Below, piece by piece: positions 38,101-49,749 of a stretch of DNA of 64,000 bases. The notes under the pieces were generated by a model, which saw nothing but the letters and a program-made list of their open reading frames with translations, searched no databases and was not told where the DNA came from. The stretch is from NCBI GenBank assembly GCA_904063045.1, contig CAJFCJ010000044.1, positions 62,001-126,000 on the forward strand, given 5' to 3'. Origin of the DNA: Dimorphilus gyrociliatus (lineage: Eukaryota > Animalia > Annelida). A program made the translations under genes and the position numbers. The number at the start of each line of letters is the position of its first letter. Position 1 is the stretch's first letter.

Positions 38101-41100
38101 TTATGAAGATTCAATTTTTTAAGATTGATTTGATTTGCTAGAAAATTTCCTAGACAAATGCTCATTTCATTAGAGAAGCTGCAGAAGCTTAGATTGATTT
38201 CTTCGATATTGGAACAGAGATTGAGGCCATTCTCGAAAATTTCTCTTCCCCTATCCCCAATAACATTTCCTCTTGTCATAATAAATTTAGTTAGACGCAT
38301 TTGCTTCTGAAAAAATATTCCAATTGATTTCGCAATATCTTTTGTAATGTGGCAATTGTTGATGTTTAGTTCTATTGGAGTAATTATTTGATTCAAAGAA
38401 ATTTGGTAAGAAACCATAAGTATAGTTTGTCCATGTTGGATCCAGAGTTCCAATTGAAATATGGGTAAGATTGTGTTGGTGGCTAAAAAAAATGACTTAA
38501 AAAATTGGAAAATTCTGAATTGGTTATTGTATCAATCTTAAAATGGGTTAAGTTTGAAAAATGAGCTAGAAATTGTTCAACAGCCTTTAAAGAAACTTTT
38601 TGCAAGCATTTATTTTTCATACTTAAATTTTTTATTTCAATTTGTTTAATTTCCCTTAGAATATCCATTTTGTCTTTTGTTATTGTTGTATCCAACTCTA
38701 AAGTTTGATAATTTATTTCCTGGGCAAAATGACATTGAATTCTTCTCAATGAAGATAAATTGAATAGTTGACTATTAATGAAATCATCCGCCATTAACAT
38801 ATTGGAAATTTTGCAGTTTTTTGTATCAATTATTGAGTTCATAACGAACAACTGCTTATAGTTTTCCAGGATAATTGCAATATCCAAAATGACGTGTCTT
38901 GTCAGTTTTTGCTTATAAAAGTATAGTTGTCTCAATCCAATTTGTGAGTCCGTAATTTTTTTCATTAAATTTAAAATGGCCGAATTGTCAAATAGGTTAT
39001 CGGAAATGGTGAGATGTTGTAGAGCAATCAAATGTTCAATAATTTCAGAGAAAATGTGTAAAAAGTTGGGTAAAAGGTGACAATATGATAAGATTATTGC
39101 CCTTAGGAACTGATTTGGATAGATTTCTATTTCATATTTCAAGGGAACATCATCTAAAAAATTCATAGATGCAAAATCAATACAATCAATTCTAAATTGT
39201 TTTAAGAATGTAGTAGAATAATTTAGTTTCAATTGATCCAAGATTATTAATGAGCATTAGTTGATAAGAAGAATGAGATGAAGTAGTTGGTTGTTTGCCA
39301 AAATATAACAATTCATAAAATGACTTTGTAATTGAATAATTTGAAGAAATATTTAATTTTCTAAGGCAGTCAAAGCTATTTGAAAGGAAAGATTCTATGG
39401 AATTTGAATTATTTTCCCATTGAATATTGCAACAAGATAAATCTAAATCTTTTAATTTCGGCGAGGATTTTAATAAAATTTTCAAAATTTTTTGATTGAA
39501 TACGAAACTTAAATCATTTTTACCAAAATTGAAATGAGATAGAGAAAATTCTACTTTTAAATCAATATTTATGCAAGCATACTCCTCTTCTTCCTCCTTG
39601 TTCACAATGAATACTGGAAGTTTTAATGTGTCCAATTTTCTAACTGTAATAATGACGTTAAAAAATTCATTCTCAACTCTTTACTTAATGAATTCCCAAA
39701 TAATTCAAAAACTTGAAGATTTTTATGTTTCACTAAGAATGTATAAAATATTTTGTCGTCAATGCATATGTTACAATCATTTAATTTTAAGACAGTCGTG
39801 TCTTTAATACTTGTGGTAAGAAAATTTAGGAATTTTTTAAAACAGTCATTAGAGAAAGAAAAATCTGATAGGCCAATTTCTGTTACTTGTTGTTTATCCA
39901 GTAGAATATCAATTATATCAGAAATGTTTATACAATTCAGATTAGCATAACAGAAGAGAAACGAAGTTAAAAAGTTTAGTTGTTTTTAAGTTAATAAAAC
40001 AGTTGTCTATCTGAAACAGAAAGGTACTGTCAGTGAATATTAAATCACACCAATGATACATTTATCTTCTCCCTAACACTAATCCTAAGAACAAGGTTGG
40101 TTACTTCTAAGTGAACAAAAGTAATTTTAAAACTACTATACCAATTTGTCTGGAATAGGAGAAATCCAAAGTTTGTAAATTTGTAAAATTCAGCAATGCA
40201 TTTTGCTCCAAAACCCTAATCCGTTCCAATGAAATGCAAATGGCAAAGTTTGTCAACAAAAATTAGGTGATTGTCATTATGTTTTATTACAACATTTTCC
40301 AGGTAAAGAGTAGTAAGTTTTGGTAAACTTGAGAATATTAATTGAAAATTTTCAATTGACATAATGTAGCCGTTAATTCGATTGATTATTTGAAGGTGAT
40401 GTAAACTTTGCGGTCGATATTTGGAGAGAGTTTCAAAGAAAAAATTCAACTCCAATTCAACATTTTCAATAGTTAATTTTGTTAGATTAGAATTTCTGTT
40501 GAAATTTTCAACAAAAGGTGCTGTCTACTTTTCTGTTCGTTAAGAAGGTCGTAGATCAAATACTTTGCCGCGAAATATTCCTGAAAGAGATGATGAATAA
40601 ATCTAAATGATATCTCTTCTTCGCATCGCGAATAAGAGTAGCTGGTTGTTGTAATTAGACCTGCTAGATTGTTTGTAGAATGGAGGAATTGTTGAGTTGT
40701 TGTCATTGGTTCGCCGTTCGATAGATTGTTGAAAGATTTCAATCCGAATTCTTTGTAGAATATTTCGTAGTTTGGATTATCTTTTGAAATGTTTATCTTT
40801 TGGAAGAGAATATCAACAACGTCTTCAGAAATATTGTAAAAGTCTTTTATAGATTTTCCTCTCCTCTCCCAAACGGCTGCCGTTAGGACAGCGATTAGAG
40901 GATATTGACAGAATTCCAATAAATCTTGCCTATCCACTTTCAAAAAGTTGAACAACTCAACACTTTGTAGTGTTTGTTGTTTGTCATCGCCAGAATAGAT
41001 ATCGACATCGTCTCGTCTGTTGGCAAATCACTGGCTCATTGTTGATGTTAACCTCGTTAAAGAATTTTTGAAAGAATGTAAACTTTTGTTCATTGCCAAA

Positions 41101-41979
41101 TCCAATGATCTCTAGAAGAGTATCATAGGTTTTCCTAACCTCTTCCAGTTTGTAAGTTCTCGACCAAACAACGACTGCGTGGGGAGTATAATGAATTTTA
41201 TGTATAATTTTATAAAATCTAGACTCTTTTATTCCTAATTCATCAGCTCCATCTAGTAGAAAGACTATCTTCCTGGCCTTATCTTCGCACTCTTCGGACA
41301 GGTAGTAATCTAGGATATCTCTTTGAATATTTATATTGTCTACAAGATTGTGATTGAAGATGACGTCTGTAAATGTTTCGGATTTAGAAATTTGTCCCAG
41401 TTTAATGGACAACAGCAAACTATCCTGACATATCAAACCGCAAGCCCAATCGTTTAAAATCTTGTAACAATGATAAGTTTTTCCAATTCCAGCTTCACCA
41501 AAGATAAAAACTCTATTGGAATTTTCCAATCCTTCCATAAATTCATTTCCACAGGTTAGGATACATTTCTCCCTACTACATTGTTTACTTTCGTAGACAA
41601 TCTTTATTGGAGTCATGATATTGTCAATGCTATCAAGATTTGTTTTATCATTAATAAATGGAATTTTTGGAAGAGTAGATATCCTCTGAAGAGTTAACTT
41701 TTTCATTTCTTCAACTAAATTCTTCCAAGTTGATTTTATATTCCAAAAAAGTCTCTGATAGCCAGGTGATTGGAAATCTAATAAAACATTTAGAATATCT
41801 ACCAGTTTACATTTTATTAAATGATTATTGACCAGATTTGTAGAGTTATAATTATGATTAGATAGTATGATTTCCTTTGAAATGAGGTTATTTACGAATT
41901 CTGGTTCATTTAAAAGCTCCTCAAATGAATTTCTATATTGATTAAGTATGGGATTTGTCTCAAATTTCATTCCTTCCAT
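35132..41979 (-). pseudogene. NACHT-LRR (NLR-like) gene, apparently intronless, with multiple frameshifts and a nonsense codon
   Basis: N-terminal death-fold-like segment; Walker A GEAGIGKT; Walker B FLLDGADE; YPL motif; FIHHLFQEYFAAKY; then LRRs with ~57-aa doublets (LxxLNLxxTNL..EIGKNIFENI..CC.IEELNLDSC.FS.EMS..LG.FIG.Q.N). In-frame TAG at 37785-37787; frameshifts near 41000, 40480, 39200, 38480 and 36670. Confidence 0.85.
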
Positions 41980-42370
41980 AATTTAATCATCTGCTAAGGA
42001 AGAAAAATATTAATAATTGTATGGAAACAAACAAGTATGGTTATCGTTCTCAACTGAAAAACATATACAAATTTTTCATTGAGATTATAATTATAAACTA
42101 AAACCAGCTGTTGCACAGCAGTAGCAAGCAGTTTAGGTCTATTAACAATCAATCAATAGTTGAATGAGTCACAACATTCTATTTTTCAATAAGACTTTAT
42201 GAAGCCTAAAAGTTTATATTGGGGGATTATAGCAGTATAATTGGAAAAAAAAGTGACAATTCTTTCCTCAAACTAATTGGCATGTCAGATTTTGAAAAAG
42301 AAAATTTTGTTTTTTTAAATATTTATTAAAAAGGTTTAGATAAATAAGCTGGGGGAAATGCATTTCCTTT

Positions 42371-42530
42371 TCTACATTTCCCAAAGCTTGGTTTCAATTG
42401 GTTAAAGGATTACAAAGTTGAAATCTGATGGTCTCATAATTCTCATGTAACAAAAATATGAAGGACTTGTTATATCACACATATAAAATATAATCCTAAG
42501 ATTAGTGCCACATGCTAAACATGTGCCACA
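42371..42530 (+). repeat. Dispersed repeat also at ~59535-59690 and partly at ~31620-31665
   Basis: Shared acatttcc.aaagcttgg.tt.aattggt.aaaggatt...gtaacaaaaatatgaa.gact..tatatcacac...gtgccac. Confidence 0.7.
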
Positions 42531-42728
42531 GCAAACGGCCCTGCCTCATCAGCAAAAATAAGTCTCATTTTTCTTCTGGAAAAGTCCTCACTCAACCAAT
42601 TGAACTTGAGAAGATATTTCTGCCAAACAATTTCTTTACAAGTTATATTGAAAGAAATATGAAGAGAGCTGGTTTGAACTTTATTCCAATCCCTAAACAA
42701 TTGGAGAACAAATTAAGTTCTGGAGAAG

Positions 42729-42763
42729 CAGAAATTCCTACAATTACAATACAACAAAGTACA
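42729..42763 (+). repeat. 35-bp fragment of the gypsy LTR 3' end
   Basis: cagaaattcctacaattacaatacaacaaagtaca is identical to the last 35 nt of the LTR (49418-49452). Confidence 0.8.
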
Positions 42764-42855
42764 GTATTCTTTGGCAGTTTACAACTCAGTTTAATATAGA
42801 AGCGGTAGGCCTATATTCATTATTTAAATATATCGTTTGTGTTGAGTTCTTTTTT

Positions 42856-42963
42856 CTTACTCAACATTGGACACTAGTTCTGGCAACCTACTGTTACCCA
42901 GGGTACTACCTACTCTGCTATTAAACTTTCCTATTGTTGAACTACTGTTCAATGTTGAGTAAG
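42856..42963. repeat. Small element with 14-bp perfect inverted ends (MITE-like)
   Basis: cttactcaacattg (42856-69) / caatgttgagtaag (42950-63). Confidence 0.45.
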
Positions 42964-43768
42964 TAGAAAGGTCTCTAGTGGATGTTGGTTCCAGTTGATC
43001 CTCCCAGGTGGAGTGGAACAGTAAGGGTTTATATAATTGTAGACATTTCTCTACTGTCCAATCATCACTTTACAGTCGTGAACTCACCTAGCTCATGTTT
43101 GTTTGTCCTTAGAACAATAAGAAACAGACAAGTGTGTAGCAATTGATTCAAAACTGCTGACATCTCAAATAATTACTAGAAATGGGGTCAAGTGTTGGTT
43201 TCTCAATATAGATGATGCTCTATTTCCTTTTTCCGTTGACGATTATCTGTCCAAAAGTAGGAAAAGTTGAAAGAAAGCTTAGAGTTTAGTTTGTACTCAA
43301 ATTAAAATCTTTCAGCCTTCAAATTTAACTTGATCCATCATCAATAAAATGTTTTACTATGTGCCAATTTACTATTGTTTATCAAAATCTTGAACAGTTC
43401 ACTCTTATCAAGACAAACAAACAGTTAATCTTCTAATAGAAGCTGGACCTAATCCCCTTGCCAACTGTCATCTATTGTAAAGAGTATATAAGAATTTAAT
43501 GGATGGATGTTTTTGATCAAACGCCCACAATTGTAACATTTTACCCTAACCCCAGCCCTTGATCTAGCTTTCTAGGTGTGAGCAAAATTTCAAATAGTAG
43601 GGTAACCAGTTCCGAATTATAAAAAAATTCTATCTACAGTAATCGTCAATAAATTTCAATGATTTATTGAAAGAGATTTAGCAGAGTGTATTGGTAAGGC
43701 AACCAATATGAGTTTCTATGTAGAATTTATTAATCATTGATCAAATGAGCAGGGTCTCAACACGAACA

Positions 43769-44524
43769 ATGACAATATACAAGATTCTCTATTTTGGTTA
43801 TATTTTACACCTTTCCAGTTGTAATATTGTTATTTCGGAGGAATGCGACATTACTGTTGATAAACGAATCCGGATAGGAAATAGTGCTATAACCCTAGAT
43901 GAATGTACTGCTGGAAATAGTGAACATTTTTGTTGTTTTGAAGCTGGATATGGCTGCTACAGACCAAAGTTAAGTGTACCTGGTTTCACTTACAGACACA
44001 AAATGTTGCAAAATTTTGATCTAGCTATTGTGCCAAGCAGTATAACACACCCTAAAGATTGTGCAAAACACTGTTTAGAAAGGCCGAACTGTATGGGATT
44101 CACAATGACAGAAACAATCTATGCTGGAAGATACTGCTTTCCAAAAAGTAAATCATTCTTTACAACAACTGCCCCTAGCAATTTTCCAAATATGCTATCC
44201 TACGATAGATTTGCTTTTAGCCATACCACCTGTGAACAAGGAGAATGTACCGAGAGTCCTCTGTATACCGGAAATGAACATTTTAAAGATTGCCTTCAAA
44301 AATGTAAAGAAAATAGCAACTGCGAATATTTCATTCTTGGTTCAATTGACCAGAATATTGATTTCTGCATTTGCATTCCTGCATTGAATTTTGTGTTTCA
44401 TAACAACTTCCTCCATTTAAACATGGATTTGATTTACATTCTCTTCTTTCGCAATTTTCACCAAACCAGCCAGAATGGCATAATTTCTTACCAGTTTTTT
44501 TATCACATTCAAAATTACTTTTAA
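43769..44524 (+). CDS. Secreted PAN/apple-domain ORF; the last ~60 codons are antisense read-through of the DSL-EGF gene
   Basis: Hydrophobic N-terminus; PAN motifs CAKHCLERPNCMGF and CLQKCKENSNCEYF. After ~44342 the sequence is the reverse strand of an EGF repeat. Confidence 0.7.
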   Translation: MTIYKILYFGYILHLSSCNIVISEECDITVDKRIRIGNSAITLDECTAGNSEHFCCFEAGYGCYRPKLSVPGFTYRHKMLQNFDLAIVPSSITHPKDCAKHCLERPNCMGFTMTETIYAGRYCFPKSKSFFTTTAPSNFPNMLSYDRFAFSHTTCEQGECTESPLYTGNEHFKDCLQKCKENSNCEYFILGSIDQNIDFCICIPALNFVFHNNFLHLNMDLIYILFFRNFHQTSQNGIISYQFFYHIQNYF

Positions 44525-45054
44525 ATTCTTTTAGGCAAAAGATGGAACAATCTGAATTATAAATATTTCTTCGGCATTTAGCCCAAAATTCTAATGTAAT
44601 TACATTTTCCGTATTATAATAATATTTCCCCTGAACTGATAATTTCCTCTTTTCTCCATTTATTGTTGTTTTTAAATCAAAGTGAAATTCATCAATTGAA
44701 TCATCATCACTGAAATCATCATGATCATAAACAAATATATCTACAAAAATTCCACCCTGTTTTTTAATTTAGAATTTTTGTTTTGTTTTAGTTAAAATGT
44801 TAAAATTTCAAAAATTAACTATTTTACCTTCCAGGTAGTTTAGAGAAGCAAACTTGAAACATAGGATCACACATTTTCTTTTTACCAAATGCAAATGGTC
44901 CATCACAAATATTTCCTTGTGAATTATAAAAATTTCCACTCCATTTAATAAAATTGACATAAAAATCACCTACAACTTTCCCTTGAGTTTTGTATATTAG
45001 TAGTTTTATTAAAAGAATACTGTTGGTAACAAAATAGATAGAAAAAACCTTCAT
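44331..45054 (-). pseudogene. Truncated Delta/Serrate-like gene: signal peptide, C2/MNNL-like, DSL, partial EGF
   Basis: Exon 45054-44828 NSQGNICDG..CDPMFQVCF. Segment 44756-44331 translates VYDHDDFSDDD...CRRNIYNSDCSIFC..FECDKKTGKKLCHSGWFGENC (DSL), then CKSNPCLNGGSC..CKCRNQYSGQLNQE* (EGF lacking its last Cys). Splice phases between the two parts do not obviously match. Confidence 0.78.
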
Positions 45055-46473
45055 CTCACTCCAAATGAGTCTGATATATTCAGAAAAAGTAAGAGATTAT
45101 TCTTGTCATGGCCTAGCAATCCTGAAAACTGTAATTAGCAGACAATTATTGCACTCTTGCTAACCCACTTTTATTATTTCAACTCTTAGAAACTAAGCCT
45201 ATGCTGTAGGCTTAATCATGTAAAACAATTGCCACAATTACCTAATTAATCTTGGCCTGTAATTCAGATTATTACAGTCATTAGCAAATTATTTATGATG
45301 CATTATTGTTGTTAGAACAACATGTTGCTACAGGAAACACCCTTTTTGATGGGGAACAGATGGTGGTAGTTGATTGTGAACAAAGGTTCTCCAACAGAAG
45401 ATCACCTCTGGTTCTTTTAAAATCCTAACCCTAAGATGTAGTCCAAATTGATAAAATGACGGCGAATCTAACAACAACCACAACTCAAACCTGATATAGA
45501 ACCTATACCTTCAACAAGCAGAGACAATTGGGGAGTGTTGATGAACATAAACTGTTCATAAGAAAAGTCAATAAAATAAGGGAATTTGTGGCGAGACATC
45601 TCTTTGCTGAGAACGGGTGATTGACAGTTGGTTGTGAGCAAGTGTTCCCCAGCAGAAGGTTCCATCTGGTTTCGCAATCATCACAAGTATAACCTATTGA
45701 CAAAATAAGGAGACCAGTACAAGTGCTTGACACACTACAAAGATCTTTCATATAGGAAGCTAGTGGTTTGACATAGGCCTACAGACCTTATCTTACACAC
45801 TATCCAAAGAATATATAAATATATATATATCATTGAGTTGCTATTTGTCTAGAGAAAACAATGATATGGCAAAATTGTCTAGAATCTGCACTGTTTAGAA
45901 GTTTCGTTATGCATCACCCCAGACAGTTCATTTCAATTGGAGGTAATAAGGCTAGAAAAGAGCTTTTCAATGATATGCTACATGATCATGTAGCTCTTTT
46001 GATTGAGTAAGTGGCTGAGCTTGAAAAATTGAAAATTACCCAATTTCCGGTAGAAAAATGAAATTATTTTTTTCTTACTATCCTTCATAAGGGTTTTAAG
46101 TATACAAGTGTGTGGGTTTGGGGTTGGGGTTAGGGTTAGGGTTAGAAGCATAATTATAAGTAGGAATGAAAGAAATTTATTTTTAAAAGACTGCAATATG
46201 AAAACAAATTACATTTTCATTCTTATTGAACATAGAAAAACAAACAAAAATTGTAATTCTTTACAAGTTTAATTGTCAATTGGAAACTTTAATGCCAAAA
46301 AATAGTCTTTTCATTCTATCTGCACAAGATATTCTTCAACTCCTTTATTGTCAAATCTTTAATTTGTTATGATTGATTGATTGATTATGGTATTTTTATT
46401 ATAGAAGTAATTAATTAATATGTGATTATATAGGGAAAGGTGTATTATAACAATAATAATAGTACTAATCTTT

Positions 46474-47521
46474 TCAACAAGAAGAATCTGCAATTGTATT
46501 GTTATTGCTGCTTTGAGGGTTGCTTTTTTTATAAAGAATTTTCAATGATAAAATGTTGACAAGTTTTCTCCTAAAACTAGGAAATATAAAAATATAAAGC
46601 AAAGAATTGAAAAAACTGTTGAGAACTGCAAACCATAATAAATAAAATCTATAAATAAAAGTTTTATTTTTAAATTCATCACTAAATATACTTCCAACCG
46701 TGGAAATACTAAATGGAATCCAGAAAAGGTAAAATAGTAAAATTGTTAGAATTAATAGTTTAAGTATTCTTAAATTCCTTTTTGAAGTTGTTCTTACCAG
46801 TTTTTGATTTTCAGCATTGATTTGCGAATTTTTCTTCTTTAAATAGAATATTGTTTTAAATGTTGAAAAGAATAGAATTATTGATGTAAATATTGGTCCA
46901 GTAAAAACATACCAAAATATATGTAAACTTAATACTAGATTTTGGGAACATACTAGTTCCGGTAGTAAAAGTACGTAAACTTCAAATTGAGGTTGATCTA
47001 GAAAAGGTAAAGAAGAAAAACTAATAAAGAATATCCATGAAAATATAACTAAAATTATAATTCTTTTTCCCGTTATCAGTCTTTTATACCTGGGAAAAAA
47101 AAGGGGGTTTTGAAAGGCCTACTATATAGTTTGTAATCAAATATATTTACTTATCGAAATATATTACTGCGACGTATCTATCAAAAGCAATAATTGTCAC
47201 ACTCCATAAAGACATCATTCCACTTGTTGCTAAAATTGCTCCACTAATTTGACAAAAGATATATCCAAGTATGTACTTTCCAAACAATGATGATACAAAT
47301 GAAGATAGTATTGATACAATTGACATAAAAAAGTCAGCAATTGATACATTGATTAACAAGATTTTTGTTATCTGAGGTATCTTTTCAACAACTGGTAAAA
47401 TTGTTAAAGCCACTGTAGTTGAAAGGAATGATAAAATTGCTGGAATGCCAACTATGATTGACCTAAATGGATTTGAAACTGGATGATTTAATACCGGATT
47501 CCAGATAATTGTATTATTCAT
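46474..47521 (-). CDS. Orphan class A (rhodopsin-family) GPCR, about three exons
   Basis: NVSIADF (TM2), FCQISG, AFDRY (TM3), FWIPF (TM6), WFAVLNSFFNSLLY (TM7); introns near 47100-47150 and 46740-46800; stop at 46474-46476. Confidence 0.8.
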
Positions 47522-48549
47522 GTTGATCCTTCAATGGGTGGATAGTTGAATGAATGACTTAATGAATGATTTATGCATAAATACACATTTTTTCTTCGAC
47601 CTTGTTTACCTGTAGCTAAGTACCATTGTGTTTTAATGTGCATTATTGATCGAATGACGATGCTAAGGATATTTTTAGCCTAAGAACAAATATACATTTC
47701 ATACTAAAGGAAAAAAAATCATCAACAGAGATTATAATGTAATTTTTTGTTTCCTTTTTTTTCCCATTACTTTTCTTCAATAATTTTTTACATTAAAGTT
47801 TACAGGAAAAAGGTTTAGTTTGGAAATTTGTGATGGATTTAGGGTTAGAAGGCCTACCAATTTTGGGGTTAGGAAATATAAATAATGCAGATTGCACCCT
47901 AACCCAAAAATAAAAAGTTGTCAGAAATCTATCATATTCGACAGACTACTAAGCTATTTATTGTTATGAGAAGGATTAGGATCAATTCTCCTCCTCTTAG
48001 TCTTCTTCTTCTTCTTTCAACTTATTCACTTTTGACAACTGATTATGTTACAAATTTCCATTATTACAACCGTTCAATGAAGTATATAAAGTGGTGATAA
48101 TGAGCCTGACACTTAAAATATGTATGAGAAAAGTCTGCTACATTTTAAGCTATATGTCATCATTGTGTTCAAACTCAAATATTAACTCTGGTGTTTTTGC
48201 CCTTAGAACTCAGTGAGTGTCTATTAATAAAATAAAACCTACAAAATTAAGATCTATTAGAATGTAACGGTAAAAAGAACCACTTTATCAATGTTTGAAG
48301 TAGTTGAGATAGACAGTATTTTTTTGTAAGTATGTTGGTATAATATAGGCCTAATGATATCCTTTGATTGATTTCAAATATCTATTGCAGATTGAGAGTT
48401 ATATGATGTAAGATATTTTTTAAAAAAAGCAAAAATTGACAAGGAATTAAATTAGTTGAAACATGAGATTAAAACAGACCTAAAATTAGTTGAGTAAGAG
48501 CTGAGAACTGTTAACTTAGAGTTGAAGTTGATGTTTAGGTAAAGACTGT

Positions 48550-49452
48550 TGTACACATATATTCGTCAGCTATACTCTACTCTACAATAGAGAAGTAGTA
48601 TTGAACCAGTATTGTACTATGCAGATAGCACTGATAAAGATAAGCAGTAGTGACCTAGTTTCGCGTAGGGCAGTGCATACACATTAACCAGCAATAAAAC
48701 CTATTAAATTATATAAAGAATATTGTTATTTGCAACCTAGCATTAATATTACAATTTATTAATCCATACATTTATGATTTTCAACTAAAACTAGTTCAAT
48801 TAATTATCAATTATGCTTCAATTCTAAGTTTAGATTATATTCATTAACATGGGTTAATCAGATATGCTTCCTCCCTATATGCTGATGCTAAATTTACTAA
48901 CTCAATCAATTGAATATCATTTTTAAGGTAGAATATAAAAATGGTCAAATATACAATCTACATGTTTTCTTCATTGTTGGAGTTGTCCTATTAAAATTGT
49001 TACATCTTATGCAACTCTCCAACCTTCAAAATTCAACTATTATTTAGAAGAGGAAAACAATAAAAACATGACCATATTTACAACTTTTCTTTGTCTTCAA
49101 ATGTTACTTTTGTTTTTATAAACATTGAAATTTGTGAACTATCAACCCTTAAAAGAGTATATAAACCCTTTGAAATTAACAGTTGATAGTTCAGTTTTCT
49201 AACCGTCAGCTAGTTGTTTAAACTAGCTTGTTTAGAACTAGAAACTCATTTTACTCAATACATATTCTTTGCACGAAATACTCGTGTTTTGTTGATTCAT
49301 TTCTACCAAAATTGCATTTGTTAGACTATTTGTGGACGAACTTTAAAGGTTCTATTTGTTTGAGTACTTTGGCAAATTGGTAAATGATTGGAAAGGACGA
49401 TTACAGTTGTGACGAACCAGAAATTCCTACAATTACAATACAACAAAGTACA
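48550..49452 (+). mobile_element. Solo LTR of the gypsy family (903 bp)
   Basis: Highly similar reverse complement of 13916-14850 with TGTAC...GTACA ends. No PBS or gag follows and no TSD is evident. Confidence 0.9.
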
Positions 49453-49749
49453 AAAATATAAAACCGAACGAAAATAGGAATAATTTATTTTATATTTCAA
49501 AAAAAAATTTTTTTTATATGTATTGCAAATTGGTAGATATCTTCTCTTTCACCTTCTTTGTTTAAAACAACTGCTAATTGAAATAAACTGGTATCATCTT
49601 TACCAATTAACTAATAGACTTTCTCCTTCTATTTGTGTGATTATGAATAAAATTTGTGAATATTGAAACAATTTTGAAAACTCAATTTTGTTATGTGAAT
49701 TAGTTGAGTTTGTCATGAAAAATAAAAAAGAAATAATTGAATATTAAGA

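Noticed and set aside
45360-45680. ~55-bp imperfect direct repeat (~45365 and ~45625) and overlapping small ORFs
   Set aside because: Too short and degenerate to assign to a gene or element.
46115-46146. True telomere or chromosome-fusion site
   Set aside because: Only a few imperfect units, and similar patches are scattered as part of a repeat family.
46474-47521. Opsin call for the class A GPCR
   Set aside because: TM7 (WFAVLNSFFNSLLY) has Val at the Schiff-base Lys position.
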